Shown here: positions 1-15,400 of the stretch, piece by piece | Layout of the letters: each line of letters begins with the position of its first letter | Position numbering within the stretch: the stretch's first letter is position 1 | NCBI RefSeq assembly: GCF_048593235.1 | Contig: NC_133622.1 | Span: forward strand, 252,468,055-252,532,054 | DNA from: Sminthopsis crassicaudata | Lineage: Eukaryota | Reading direction: 5' to 3' | Length of the DNA: 64,000 bases | Made by a program: the position numbers and the translations under genes | Notes under the pieces: generated by a model | The model's database searches: none | What the model saw: the letters and a program-made list of their open reading frames with translations, nothing else | Told to the model about the DNA's origin: nothing

Positions 1-1154
1 CTAATCCCCATATAATTCTTTTGTAAATCTCATTGGCATTTTCCTTAGACAGATGTCTGGTCCTTATTTCTGTAGCTGCATTTTCTCCAATAGTTCTTTT
101 GACAGTAGTTTGCAAACATCCCACAAAATCCACAAAAGGTTCATTAGGACCTTGCTCTATTTTAGTGAAAGCCTCTCCCCGATCTTTCTGTCCAGGGAGG
201 ACACCCCAAGCTTTTATTGCAGCCTTAGCAATTTGTTCATATATTGTCATGGTATAATTAATCTGTTCTGAATTCTCTCCATACCAACCTTCACCAGCTA
301 AGTGCTCAAAAGTGAATTGTGTGTTAACTCCTATTTCCAAATTGCATCTGACTTGGATTTTACATAATTCATGAAACTCCGTAAGCCATAACAAATTTTG
401 TCCAGGTTCTAGACATGTCCTTGCATGGATTTCCAATCATTCGGGGTTAGGACTTCATAAGACAAACCATCTAGTAACATTTTAACATAAGCTGATGTAA
501 CCCCATAAAGGGTACAATCTTTTTTCAAATCTTTAATTTTATTCAAATCTAAAGGTGCATATCTTCTCCTTTTTTGACCTACAGAGTCACAGGATATGCA
601 TGTATAAAATCACTTATATCCTGTCCTTCTCTCTTAGCTTTAACCAATGCTTTTTCTAATCTTGTTATAGGCTTAGGCTGCTTCACAGGTGATTCTGTTT
701 GTGTTTCTGCCTCTTCCCCGCCTCCTTCTTGCTCCACCTCTGAAGGGTTAATTGAGGGAGGAGATGGGAAATGCTCCTGTTGCTCAGAATTGTACTTAAC
801 TTCATTGCTATCTGATTCATCCTTTTCACCTAGTTTAGTTGACCCCTCCCTATTTTACTCCTTCTCTTCCTTTAGAATAACAATTTTTAAAGCCATTTGG
901 ATTAAATTATAGGTATGAAGTGTATCCTTGGAAATTGACTTTGGTTTGGAATTGTAGTGTTCACACAATTGCTTTCCTACTAATTCCCATTCATCTAGAT
1001 CCAATTCTTCTTCTAGAGAAAAACAAGGACATATGACCTGCACAGTTTTTAAAAGTTCAGTAATCTCCTCCAAAATTATAATCAATCCTTGGTTTTTCAT
1101 AACCTTGATAATGCTCTCCAAACATTTTCCTTGAACAGAAGGCATTTACCCCAT
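1..1154 (-). mobile_element. gag: Betaretrovirus-like (class II) ERV gag, defective, running off the window start
   Basis: The minus strand reads ATG-GGG-TAA-ATG at 1154-1143, so an MG myristoylation-type start is followed by a stop at codon 3. Next comes a matrix-like ORF 855-1145 (…EEELDLDEWELVGKQL…). Further on is a capsid major-homology-like motif AFTKIEQGPNEPFVDFVG at about 115-175. Multiple stops and frameshifts. Confidence 0.85.
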
Positions 1155-1322
1155 TTCACTATGGTTTAGCCCTTAACAAGTTAAGTTACTTATTTGTCTA
1201 TTAGAACATTCACTTAATCTTTAAAAAAGTTTCCTTGTTACTCACGGTTATTTCTGTGTCAGAAAGTCTTTTCCACTGGAATATGAATCAGAGGTTTTTC
1301 CACTGGAATCAGGATCGTGTCT

Positions 1323-1340
1323 GTCCCTGTTCGGGCGCCA
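1323..1340 (-). promoter_or_regulatory. Retroviral primer-binding site, tRNA-Lys3 type (TGGCGCCCGAACAGGGAC)
   Basis: Exact 18-nt reverse complement gtccctgttcgggcgcca, preceded on the minus strand by …CA-ATT. It lies upstream of a leader with a splice donor (CGTGAGTA, about 1237-1245) and gag. Confidence 0.92.
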
Positions 1341-1435
1341 AATTGCGATGGTCCGGTCTAGCTCCTCTGAAGGGCTCAGAATAAGTCCTTGTCAGGATAA
1401 GCAAAAGTCCTTGCCCCACGTTGTGGATGCCAATA

Positions 1436-1776
1436 TGTAACATGGTGTTGACTCCAGAAACTGCCGATCCCTCTCTGGTCTAGAGGAAAGACTTCTTCCT
1501 TTAGAGAGCCACCTCAAGTCTGGCCTAGACAAGGCTCTATCTCTTGAGTGCCACCCTCTTTTATCCTCCCAGAGAATGGGCGTGGGATAATGCAAGGGCT
1601 TCTGGGAAAAAAATTACTTCAACCAATGAACTTGCTCCTCCTAAGCATGCAAGCTCTCCCTAGGAATTCAAAGGGGTTGAACTCCTAGTAAAGACCAGAA
1701 CTAGAGAATTGTTAAGTACCAACTTAGCACTTAGTAAAAACCTAATATCTCATTAGCACTTAGTAAGAACCTAACA
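1436..1776 (-). mobile_element. 5' LTR of the class II ERV (TG…CA, about 341 bp)
   Basis: Begins tgtaac at 1436 and ends ctaaca at 1776. It is followed on the minus strand by a PBS-like sequence at 1413-1432 and interrupts an older pol fragment. Confidence 0.65.
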
Positions 1777-2430
1777 CTGCAGCACCCAAGTTCCTATTAC
1801 TAGAGGGAAGTCTCCCGTACAGTTTTCCAGGATTTGACCAAGAAATTTCGATTTCCCATCCACTTCTGGACAGGAAGTATAGGGCGAAATGCAGGGTTCT
1901 GTTAGTCCATTTTTCAATTAGCCTTTTATCACAGATTGGAAAGCTCTCCATCCTTCCAGGGAAATTGGGTGTTGCTGACCCTCACTGCCTCCCTAAGAGC
2001 TTTCAAGAAGATCTTTATGGGAACTATGCTCTGCCCAGATGATCAGGCCCTGCCCAAGAGTTTATTTTAGTCTGTTCCTCCTCATTCCTTAGTGCCATTC
2101 TACTGGGCTATATGCTGGGTCCCTGTGGAATCAACCCAATTTCTAGTTTACTTATTAAATGTCTCCCCAGCAAGTTTGAGATGAGCAGAAATCTGTCCAA
2201 TGTTTCCCTTTTTCCCATATAAATTTTACAGGCCATGGTCACAGGTACCAGGAAATTTTCTCATGTAACCCCAGAAACCACCAAGTTCTCCTTAGACAAT
2301 TTAACCCTTTAGGCAAACAGGTCATTGAGGATCCTGATGCCCCAGTGTCCACTAAGAACTATTGGGAGTGATCCTGGGCTAATCTTTCACTCAGTAGAGG
2401 GTGAGACCATACCTCTGGTCAGATCTCCAA
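1777..2430 (-). mobile_element. Degenerate gamma-like (class I) ERV pro-pol fragment
   Basis: Minus-strand FLVDTG protease active site at 2341-2358, NLLGRHLI protease C-terminus, and RT N-terminal motifs PCISPY / ILPVQK. Frameshifted. Confidence 0.75.
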
Positions 2431-2499
2431 ATGAATGAGACCACTTCACTGCCCTGAAGGGTGGGTCTCTGTCAGGAGGGTTTTAGAGTTCATCCCTGT

Positions 2500-2672
2500 C
2501 ACCTCTATCTGTCTGTCTCTGCCTATCTCTCTCTTTTTCTCTCCATCCATCTCTCTGTCTCTCTCTCTCTCCCTGTGTCTCTGTCTTTTTCACTTTCTCT
2601 TTCTCCTCTTTGGGATTTATATTCATTCATTCATTTGTTTGTTTATTTATTTGTGTCCCCCCCCCCCCCCCC
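2500..2672. repeat. Simple repeats (CT-rich, CATT, poly-C)
   Basis: Direct inspection. Confidence 0.8.
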
Positions 2673-2675
2673 GCC

Positions 2676-3893
2676 TATTTTAATGTGTGGTGAGGAGCTG
2701 GTTTTAAGCCAATTGCTGCCAGAAGTCTATCTAGTTTCCTGGCAATCTTTATCAGAGAAGGAATTCTGGATTTCCTCAGGTTTGTTGCTGACTCTGCCAC
2801 TGGTTGCTTCTGAATATTGTGCTGGGTGGGGGAGAGAGGGAGGAAGAGGGAGGGGATGGGAAAGGGACAGGCTGCAGTCCTGCCACTCTCTCACAAACCT
2901 CAAAGAACCTGCCTAAAATCCCTTAACAAAAGTGTAAAGAGTTGTGATAAAATGGGATAAAACATAATCCACCTCATGTAAACCTTTAATCCTTCTCTGG
3001 AAATCAGTGACATCGACTGTTGGAAAGAGTTCAGGGCACTGACTTGTGCTAGGGGGAACCTCAGTGAAGGAAAGGACAATCAGGAATTCAAATACAGCCT
3101 CAGACTTTGGCTACCTGTGGGACACTGGGCAAGTCCTTTCACTTCTGCCTGCCTCAGTGTCCTCATCTGCAAAATGGGCAGGAAAGGAGCAGCTATCTCC
3201 CTGGGTTGTTGAGAGGATTCCAGGAGATACAATTTGTAAAGTGCCTGGGAAAGAGGAAGCCACAGAGAGGTGCCGATTCCCTCTCCCTTCCTCTTTGCCT
3301 TTAGGGTTCCCTGTGCTGTGCACCCTTAGGAGCTGGCTCTCAGAAGGAACAGTCTCTGATTGAAGACTCCCCCTGCCCCAGATCTGCTCCCCCAGGGGCT
3401 AAGGGCCCTCCTGGCCCTGACTTTTCAGACTGTTCTCACCCCATGTTCCATGTTCTAAGGCCCCTCGGTTCCCCCATATTCTCTGTTCTCTTCAGTTTAT
3501 AGAGTGTCCCGCGTGTGCTGGCACAGTCACTGCCATGGGTCGGCTTTCATTTTATTCTGGGGCTGGAGGGGGAGCAGTCGGTGGAGAGAAGAGACAGAAA
3601 TCAGACACAAAGAGGGAAACTGAGGAGGGAGAGGGCGCTGAGAGCTCTGGGCTTGGGGAAAGCTTCCCCACCATGGCTCTGAGAGGGGACAACGAGGAGG
3701 GGGGGCTTCAGGGCCATTTTGTGCAAATGGGGGCCGGGGAAGGAGAGGGGAGGTCAGGGAAAGGCTGGCAAAAAATTGGAGGCTGCAGAAGGGCGCTGGT
3801 GAAGGGGGGGAGCTTGGAACAGCGGGCAGGAGCCGGGGCCACAAGGCCTGAGGGGCCAGGCTAGAAGCCTGAACTTGCAGAAGCTAGGGAGCC
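2676..3893. repeat. Local segmental duplication copy A (GSTP upstream region)
   Basis: Near-identical to 12481-13612 plus 15486-15683, for example ctggttttaag.caattgctgccagaag… through agaagctagggagcc. Confidence 0.93.
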
Positions 3894-4259
3894 ACTGAAG
3901 GTGCTGGAGCCAGGGAGAGACAGGGTCAGGTGAGTGGGCAGCTGTGAGGAAGCGCAGGGGATGCGCCTTTCCCGGGAAGAGCCTAGCACAGGCTCGCAAG
4001 CCCCCTGCGAAGGCCGGCCCCGGTGCGGGGATCTTGGCACTGGGCAGCGCATGAGCCCCGACTCCAGAACGGCGAGGGAGGAGGGAGCCTCGGGATGTAG
4101 CTGCCCCAGGGGCCGGAGTCGGGGGGGGGGGGGGGGGGAGGAGAGAATTTTCGGGAAGGCAGTGGGGGAAGGAGCAGGGGGAGGAGAGGACGCGGGGGGG
4201 GGGGGGTTGTGGGCGCACGGAATCCGGTGTGGGGTTTGCACTGACCTGTGGGGGACCTG

Positions 4260-4327
4260 GGGGCGGAGCCGGGCGAGGCCTGGGGCGGGGCCTGGGGCGG
4301 GGCCGGGCGCGGTTCGGGCTTATTAAA
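4260..4327 (+). promoter_or_regulatory. GSTP core promoter: GC boxes plus TATA-like TTATTAAA
   Basis: GGGCGG boxes at about 4260-4302, ttattaaa at 4320-4327, about 65 nt before the exon-1 donor. Confidence 0.6.
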
Positions 4328-4391
4328 CTGAGCACAGACCCTGGGCCCGCCACCTGCTCCCCTTCCAGCCTGTGGGCCGCGATCTGTGGAG

Positions 4392-6828
<2,437 letters not shown>

Positions 6829-6949
6829 GGGCTCCCCCATGTCCTTTGCTCTAATAAAGGCTTTCCAGCAATCACTTCCTGCTGTCCTCACTGACTTGGG
6901 AGGGGAAGGGACAGGGGCTCCGGAGGGGCCTGTGTGTCCTGAGCGTGAA

Positions 6950-9900
6950 CCCCAAACCATCCACTTGCCCTCTTTCTGGGGACTGTTATTTAAATTCTTG
7001 TTTCTTATTATTCCCTTCTATCTTGCTCCCTTATTGAGGCGCGATTTAATGGTGAAATTAGGGGCCCAATTTTCTCTTCTCTGACCCCGCAACACTCCAA
7101 AGTCCCCAACACGAATGGGGAGTTTCTCATAGGGCAGGACCTCAGAGCGATTATTGAAGCAGCCACAGAAAGGCTCTCCACCCTAGATCTTTTGTCTACC
7201 CTTGCAGAAAGACTCCCTGTTTCTCTTTGCCTTTGAAGGGGACTTCCCCACCTACTACCTTGGACAGCTCTGCCCCAAGGTTTCCAGGATAGCTCCCACA
7301 CATGCCTGCACTGGCTAAAGAGTTAAGGGAACCGGAGCTGCCGGGCAGCAGTCTCAGCCAGGACATGGATGACATTTTACTCTGTAGTCCCAGCAGAGAG
7401 GAGTCCCTAAATGCAGCCACAAAGACCCCAAATTTTCTAGCCTTCAGGGGCTACCCAAAGCCCACATTGCCGGCCAGTCTGGCCAATGTTTGGGCCACAA
7501 TGTCACCCCCACTTCTCGCTCTCTAACCGAGGAGAGGAAAGAGACCATTTTAGACCCTGCCTCACAGGAGCAGCTCCCCACTTTCCTGGGCACGGCTGGC
7601 TTCTACAGGATCTGGAGTCCCAGTTTGGGGATTACTGCCAAGCCCCTCTAGGAGTCTATTCAAGGCTCTGATAATCTTCCCCTTGAATGGGGACCTGATC
7701 TTGCCAAAGCTTGTAAAACCTTGAAAGCCAAACTCACCTTTGCCCTGGCTCTGCCCAACTTAGAGAAGCCTTTCACTCTGTAAGAGGATGAAAGTCCCTG
7801 AGGGTCTTAACTCAGGCTCTGGGACCTGACCCCTAACCTTACTTCTCAAACAAGCTGGACTTGGTTTCTCTAGAATGGCCCTCCTGCCTCAGAGCAGAGC
7901 CTGCTCTGGCCCTTCTAATTGAAGAGGGCTCAAAACTCACCTTGGGACGGCCATTGGAGGTTTTAACCCGTCAGAGCATTTTAGGAGCCAAAGGGCACCA
8001 GGGACTGCTGGTGGGAGTCCCGCCAGGTATCAGGCTCTCCTACCTGACCTGACTCTCTGGGAATGTCACTCTTGACCCTGTGGCCCTGCTCCCTGACTCC
8101 ACCCAATAGGGAGAAATTATCCATAATTGTGAGGAAGGTTTAGAGTTTGTCTGCTGCAGCCCACCTGACTTCAGGGACCGTCCTCTTCACAAATCAGATG
8201 GTGAATGGCTTACAGATGGGTCGAACTTTCTTGAAAATGGGTAAAGAAAGAAAGGTTATTCTGGGGTGACCCTCAGGAGTGCTCTTGAGGCTAAGCCACT
8301 CCCCCCCCCCCATTTCTGCCCAGAAAATGGAACCCATTGCCATGACTAGATCTTTGGAACTGAGGAAGGGAATGAGAGTGAACAGCTGTACTGACTCCAA
8401 ATATGCTTTCCATATTTTGCGTGCTTACAGCGCTATGGGAAGAATGGGGACTTTTGGTAGCAAAGAACTCTCCTATTAACATGCAGGAGAAATTCTACAG
8501 CTACTACAGGCTGTCCATAAACCCAGGGAAATTTCAGTCATATTTCGTAAAGGACACGAAGGGAAATTCACTTCAAGCTAAGGGAAATAGGGCTGCAGAT
8601 CTAGCTGCTGGGATAGCTGTCTGTTCACCCCTGGTTTTGATCCCCTAGCTCTCTGATTCTTATACTCCCCTTATAGCTCATCAGAACAAACACCCTGTTA
8701 TGCCACAGTTCTCTTTTATTGTCCTGACTCAGTTTCCCTTATTTTCCTGACTCAGTGTTTTTAAATTGTTCTGCCTCAGTTTCCTTAAGACTGGTATAAC
8801 TCAGAGATTATAAATTGTCAGTGTGTAAACTCAAAAAGGGGGAATCCAGACTTTCTGTCTCTAGCCACTTTTTTACCTCCCCTTAGGAAGAATTTATGGT
8901 CCTCCCACCTGTCAGAACCAGATTAATGTTCCTGCCTGGAGAATCCTGCTCACCAGAGTTTGGACTCCACCCCCTGCCTTTGTTTAGCTACTGGGTATAA
9001 ATATGTCTTAGAGACCTCACATTCTCTGCTGGGTGCTGGATTCTTGGAGACCATAGTCTCCTTCAGCCCTGGGACCAAACCATGGATTCATTTGGTTGCA
9101 GTAAATCTCTCCCTTTCCAAAAAAGGGAAATAAAATATTAAAAACTCTCTAATCTCTATCTTGCCTCAGTTTTCCCAACCCTTAAGCCAACTTTTAGCTG
9201 TTAAACCTCCCCCTCTCCTGAAGCCTGTTCGGAGAAGGGGCACAGACCCAGGAGTGATTGGTTTCAAGTCCTAGTTGACACCTTTACTAATGGGGCAGAA
9301 GTTTCTCCCTGGAGGACTGAGAAGGCTCAGGAAGGATCAAGGTTCTTGCTAAAAGAGATATAAACCTGCCTAGCTCCTTGCAAAGCTACAAAGAGTCCAG
9401 GTTTACATGGCAGGTATTTCAGGTGCTCCTGTGAGCACTCTGGGGAAAGAAGAGTGAAATGGTCCGTGTCCTTCTTTCTCTCACTATAATCCCCTTCCTC
9501 CTTTCTCACCATGAGAACTTTGCTCCTAGCATTATTTCTACCAGCTTTTCTAGATGTCATTCTATGGCCCTGATTATTCATAATCTTGAGGATGTTATTT
9601 CTTCAATGAAGCAAAGCAGGCTTACAGATCAGCTGCCCATGATGCTGATTGTTTGTCCCTGACCATGGCAACTTGAATTCCCCAACTCCTGACTCCTTCA
9701 TTCACTCATGTAGCTCCCAGGCAAGTAGATTCTGGAAAGGGCCTGCACATGTGCTCCCTGCAGGGGGTTCAAACAGCTTTCTGTTTTGTTAACACCTGTA
9801 CTAACTGGGTAAAAACTGTCCCTTGTAAGGCTCTAAGGTTTTTGCTGGGAGAGATCATACTCACTGAAAGGCACATGTTCTACCCACTGCACCTACTCCT

Positions 9901-10238
9901 ACTGTCCCTAATAACCTCCATATTAACTACACTTTTGTTTATTCTTTTTCTTTTACTCATATTTACTCCTTATATTTTTAATCTACTTGCGAGAGTTGCT
10001 TCTTCCAGACTGAATCATGAATTTCCAACCACATGGTCAACGTGAAATCACCTGAGACCTGATTCTGACATTCCGCACCGGATGCTGCTGCCGCCTACAA
10101 CTCACTCATCTCCCCTCTTCAGGCTGGACCTCATTGAGAAGGGCCAGCTCTACGCCCCTTGCCAGCTTGAAGCATCTACTGAAGATGAGACCTTCGTCCC
10201 TTTGCCCAGATACATTTGGGGGACTGCTGGAGGGGGAG
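6950..10238 (+). mobile_element. Degenerate class I (gamma-like) ERV: pro end, RT, RNaseH, integrase and env remnants, PPT
   Basis: LLRRDLMVKLG (protease end, about 7030), DMDDILLCSP (YxDD region, about 7363-7392), WLTDGS (about 8206), NSCTDSKYAF (about 8381-8410), env-TM tail-like LLIFTPYIFNLLARVASSRL (about 9953-10012), purine tract GGAGGGGGAG at 10229-10238. Heavily deleted and frameshifted. Confidence 0.8.
8696..9177 (+). mobile_element. Solo LTR inserted in the ERV pol, 4-bp TSD ACCC
   Basis: TG at 8696, CA at 9176-9177, ACCC at 8692-8695 and 9178-9181, TATAAA at about 8995, AATAAA at about 9129. Confidence 0.8.
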
Positions 10239-10241
10239 TGA

Positions 10242-10545
10242 TGTAAACTGAGATCTTTTGTGGGGATGTGGAGAACAGGAACTCTGGAGAAGTGTACTTG
10301 AAACAGGGGTAGTTACAGCGAGGTGCTAACTCAGTGGAATTGATGAAATTATGTTTCTCTAGTATGCATATACTTAATGCTTAGTGTGGTGATGTCATGG
10401 TTCTCTAGTTCCCATATATACTTAGTGCTCAGTGTAATGATGTCATGGTTCTGTAGTTCCCATAAATACTCAGTACTCAGCATGGTGATGTCTTAGTTCT
10501 CTAGTTCCCATACACACTTAGTGCTCAGCCTGGTAACAAGGAAGG
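10242..10545 (+). mobile_element. Probable 3' LTR remnant with internal tandem repeats (…tagttcccata…acttagtgctcag…)
   Basis: Starts TG a few bases after the PPT. The right boundary is uncertain. Confidence 0.55.
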
Positions 10546-11359
10546 GGTAAGTGGGATTTTGCTTCAGGTGCCAACATGGTAGGGAGCAGCAGGAGGGATT
10601 TTTCCTGGTCCTCTTTACAGCTTCAACCCTCTGAAGCCAGAGTCCCCAAAGGGTGGGAGGGGAAGGGAATTGCTAGGAGAGGGAAAGAAGGAACAGAATT
10701 GGACTGATAGTGGTGGGAGAAGAAAGATCCAAATTTGGCTTTGTGCCAGAGCCCAGCTGTGTTCCTTCCTTTGCTCCAACTTAGGTGGCCACAGGTCCTG
10801 AGACTTTGAGCTCGGAGGCTGCCCCTGAGCCTTGGCCCCTGGGTATGGTCCCCTTCATCCTCACAGACTCCTCCACAGCAGCATCCCAGACTCTCCACAG
10901 CCTCACTTCCTTCCCTGCCCCACATCCATTCATTTGGCCAATCTTTCCTTCTCTCTTCCATCTCTACGGATGGCTCTCAAAACTCTTCCCATCAGCTTTC
11001 TAAGTCCTTCCTTAAATGCCCAAAATTAAAGCAAGAAACTAGGCAAAGGAGGTTTTAATTCAAGGAGGGAAATGAGTTATTACTGATCTGAGACAAAAGC
11101 CCATTGTGGCCCTGGGGGCCCCACCTTATTCAAAAGAAGGAGGATGGGTCAGAGGGGAAAGTGAAGAGATGGACAATGGTATATTCCTCCTTAGAGTTAA
11201 TTCAGGAGCCAAAAGAAGCTCGGTGGGGAAAAAAGCCTCTGGGTCAAAATCAGAGGAGGAAACAAAAGGGATTGTGCCAGTGGAAGCTACTGCAGCCCAC
11301 TGGGCCAGAAAGAGAGAAGAGATGATGAGTTTAGGAAACAGATTATAAACCTGGTAGAG

Positions 11360-11760
11360 ACACATAATGAATGTAGTAGTGATGGGGGACTATCCGGATG
11401 TCTGCTAGAGCTCTCTCAATCTCTGTCTCTGTCTTTTTGACTCCCTCTCTCTCCCTGTCTCCCTTTCTCTGTCTGTCTCTTTTTCTCTTTTCCCCTGTCT
11501 CTCCCTCTCTCTTTCCCGTTTTCTCCCTCTTCTTCATCTCCACCCCACTCCAGATAAAAGAAGAGGAGTAAATAATGCCCTTACTCTCCTCAATGATTAT
11601 TTCATCACCCAAAAAGTGAAGGAAAAAATCAGAATCTGCAAACTGTAGGCCAGTGACCTTGACCTTGGTTCCTAGAGTAAGATTTTCCCAGTTATGATTG
11701 CCAGTGTCTTTGCAAGTTCCTGGAGAGGAGATTTGCTGATCTCAGTACTTGCTTATCTTC
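11360..11760 (+). mobile_element. Ancient CR1/L3-like fragments interrupted by a CT-rich simple repeat
   Basis: VVMGD…PD-like endonuclease remnant at about 11375-11400 and N.RPV.LT-like RT remnant at about 11641-11663. Confidence 0.45.
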
Positions 11761-11856
11761 AGGGTTCTTCTTTTCTTTCAGCAAACTTTTAGGGGTGTGT
11801 GCCTCCCACGTGGCAAGCATTTTTTTAAAAAGAAAGAAAATAAAGTTTTATATAAT

Positions 11857-11888
<32 letters not shown>

Positions 11889-11899
11889 AAGCTTAGTTG

Positions 11900-12042
11900 G
11901 GGGCAGATAGGTGGTGCAGTAGATAGAGCAGCAGCCTGAAGCCAGAAGGACCTAAGTTCAAATCTGGTCTCAGACACTTAACACTTCCTAGCTGTGGGAC
12001 CCTGGACAGGTCACTTATCCCCAATCCCCTGAGGGAAAAAAG
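11900..12042 (+). mobile_element. tRNA-derived marsupial SINE (WSINE1-like) with 10-bp TSD
   Basis: gggcag.taggtgg.gcagt.gatagagc head and A tail. TSD agcttagttg at 11890-11899 and 12043-12052. Confidence 0.8.
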
Positions 12043-12300
12043 AGCTTAGTTGATGTCTCAGGATATAAATATTTAGATGGATGGATGGATGAATGAATGG
12101 GTGGATAGATATGTAGAAGGATGGATGGATGGATGAATACATAGATATATAGATGGATGAATTGCTGACAGAGATAGATAAATAGGTGGATATTGATAGG
12201 CAAACAGAGAGAGGTGAAATCCGTAGGGAATAGTCTTTCATCTGGTGTACAAGTCAATTCTGAATCTACATGTCTGTCTATCTATACATCTACCTCTGTC

Positions 12301-12462
12301 NNNNNNNNNNNNNNNNNNNNNNNNNNNNNNNNNNNNNNNNNNNNNNNNNNNNNNNNNNNNNNNNNNNNNNNNNNNNNNNNNNNNNNNNNNNNNNNNNNNN
12401 NNNNNNNNNNNNNNNNNNNNNNNNNNNNNNNNNNNNNNNNNNNNNNNNNNNNNNNNNNNNNN
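12301..12462. other. Assembly gap (N) flanked by GGAT/TCTA simple repeats
   Basis: Run of N. Confidence 0.99.
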
Positions 12463-12480
12463 CTTTCTCTATTCTGGAGG

Positions 12481-15400
12481 TATTTTAGCCTGTGGTGACT
12501 GGTTTTAAGACAATTGCTGCCAGAAGCCTGTCTAGTTTCTGGACAATCTTTATCAGAGAAGGAATTCTGGATTTCCTCAGGTTTGTTGCTGACTCTGCCA
12601 CTGGTTGCTTCTGAAGATTGTGCTGGGTGGGGAAGAGAGGGAGGAAGAGGGAGGGGATGGGAAAGGGACAGGCTGCAGTCCTGCCACTCTCCCACAAACC
12701 TCAAAGAACCTGCCTAAAACCTCTTAACAAAAGTGGAATGAATATGGATAAAATGGGATAAAACACAATCCACCTCATGTAAACCTTTAATCCTTCTCTG
12801 GAAATCAGTGACATCAACTGTTGGAAAGAGTTCAGGGCACTGACTTGTGCTAGGGGGAACCTCAGTGAAGGAAAGGGCAATCAGGAATTCAAATACAGCC
12901 TCAGACTTTGGCTACCTGTGGGACACTGGGCAAGTCCTTTAACTTCTGCCTGCCTCAGTGTCCTTATCTGCAAAATGGGCAGGAAAGGAGCAGCTATCTC
13001 CCTGGGTTGTTGAGAGGATTCAAGGAGATAGAATTTGTAAAGTGCCTGGGAAAGAGGAAGCCACAGAGAGGTGCCGATTCCCTCTCCCTTCCTCTTTGCC
13101 TTTAGGGTTCCCTGTGCTGTGCACCCTTAGGAGCTGGCTCTCAGAAGGAACAGTCTCTGATTGAAGACTCCCCCTGCCCCAGATCTGCTCCCCCAGGGGC
13201 TAAAGGCCCTCCTGGCCCTGACTTTTCAGGTTCAAAGACTGTTCTCATGTTGATGTTCTATGTTCTTAGGGCCTTTCTTCTCTTGACCTTTCCTGACCTA
13301 ACATTGCTCCCAGGCCTGACTGTCCATGTTCCACGTTCTAAGGTCTCTGTCTTCCCCATATTCTCTATTCTATTCAGTTTATCCAGTGTCCCCCATGTGC
13401 TGGGACAGTCACTACCATGGGTCAGCTTTCATTTTATTCTGGGGGGTGGAGGGGGAGCAGTTGGTGGAGAGAAGAGAGAGAAATCAGACTCAAAGAGGGA
13501 AATTGAGGAGGGAGAGGGCACTGAGAGCTCTGGGCTTGGGGAAAGCTTCCCCACCATGGCTCTGAGAGGGGGCAACGAGGAGGGGGGAGGCTTCAGGGCC
13601 CAGGGATATTTTTAAAAAATTAATTTTATAATTAATAATTTTTTGACAGTACATATGCATGAGTAGTTTTTTTTTTTTACGACATTATCCCTTGTATTCA
13701 TTTTTCAAAATTTTCCCCTCCCTCCTTTTACTCCCTCCCCTAAATGACAGGCAATCCCACACATATTAAATGTGTTACAGTATAACCTAGATACAATATT
13801 TGTGTGTAAATCCAATTTTCTTGTTGCACAGTAAGAATTGGATTCCGAAGGTATAAGTAACCTGGGTAGATAGACAGTAGTGCAAACAGTTTATATTCAA
13901 TTCCCAGTGTTCCTTCTTTGGGTGTAGTTGTTTCTGTCCATCATTGATCAACTGGAAGTGAATTGGATCTTCTTTATGTTGAAGATATCCACTTCCACCA
14001 GAATACATCCTCATACAGTATTGTTGTTGAAGTGTATAATGATCTCCTAGTTCTGCTCGTTTCACTCAGCATCAGTTGATGTAAGTCTCTCCAAACATCT
14101 CTGTATTCATCCTGCTGTTCATTTCTTACAGAGCAATAATATTCCATAACCTTCATATACCATAATTTATACAACCATTCTCCAATTGATGGACATCCGT
14201 TAATCTTCCAGTTTCTAGCCACTACAAAAAGAGCTGCCACAAACATTTTGGCACATACAGGTCCCTTTCCCCTCTTTAGTATTTCTTTGGTATATAGGTT
14301 CAGTAGTAGCACTGCTGGATCAAACGGTATGCACAGTTTGATAACTTTTTGGGCATGGTTCCAAATTGCTCTCCAGAATGGCTTGATTCTTTTGCAACTC
14401 CACCAACAATGCATTAGTGTCCCAGTTTTCCCACATCCCCTCCAACATTCATCATTATCTTTTGCTGTCATCTTAGCCAATCTGACAGGTGTGTAGTGGT
14501 ATCTCAGAGTTGTCTTAATTTGCATTTCTCTGATTAATAATGATTTGGAACACTCTTTCATATGAGTGGATATAGTTTCAATTTCATCATCTGGAAATTG
14601 TCTGTTCATATCCTTTGACCATTTATCAATTGGTGAATGGTTTGATTTCTTATAAATTAGAGTCAGTTCTCTATATATTTTGGAAATGAGACCTTTATCA
14701 GAACCTTTAATTGTAAAAATATTTTCCCAATTTGTTACTTCTCTTCTAATCTTGTTTGCATTAGTTTTGTTTGTACAAAAGCTTTTTAATTTGATGTAAT
14801 CAAAATCTTCTATTTTGTGATCAATAATGAGCTCTAGTTCTCCTTTGGTCATAAATTCCTTCCTCCTCCACAGGTCTGAAAGGTAGACTATCCTCTGTTC
14901 CTCTAGTCTATTTATGATCTCATTCTTTATTCCTAAATCATGGACCCATTTTGATCTTATGTTGGTATATGGTGTTAAGTGTGGGTCCATATCTAATTTC
15001 TGCCATATTAATTTCCAGTTTTCCCAACAGTTTTTTTGAAATAATGAATTTTTATCCCAAATGTTGGTATCTTTGGGTTTGTCAAACACTAGATTGCTAT
15101 AGTTGTACCCTATTTTGTCCTGTGTACCTAATCTGTTCCACTGATCGACTAGTCTATTTCTTAACCAATACCAAATGGTTTTTGTGACTGCTGCTTTATA
15201 ATATAGCTTTAGATCAGGTATAGCTAGACTTTTTTTTCATTAATTCCCTTGAAATTCTCGACCTCTTATTCTTCCATATGAATTTTGTTGTTATTTTTTC
15301 TAGGTCATTAAAATAGTTTCTTGGGAGTCTGATTGGTATAGCACTAAAAAAATAGATTACTTTTGGGAGTATTGTCATCTTTATTATATTTGCTTGGCCT

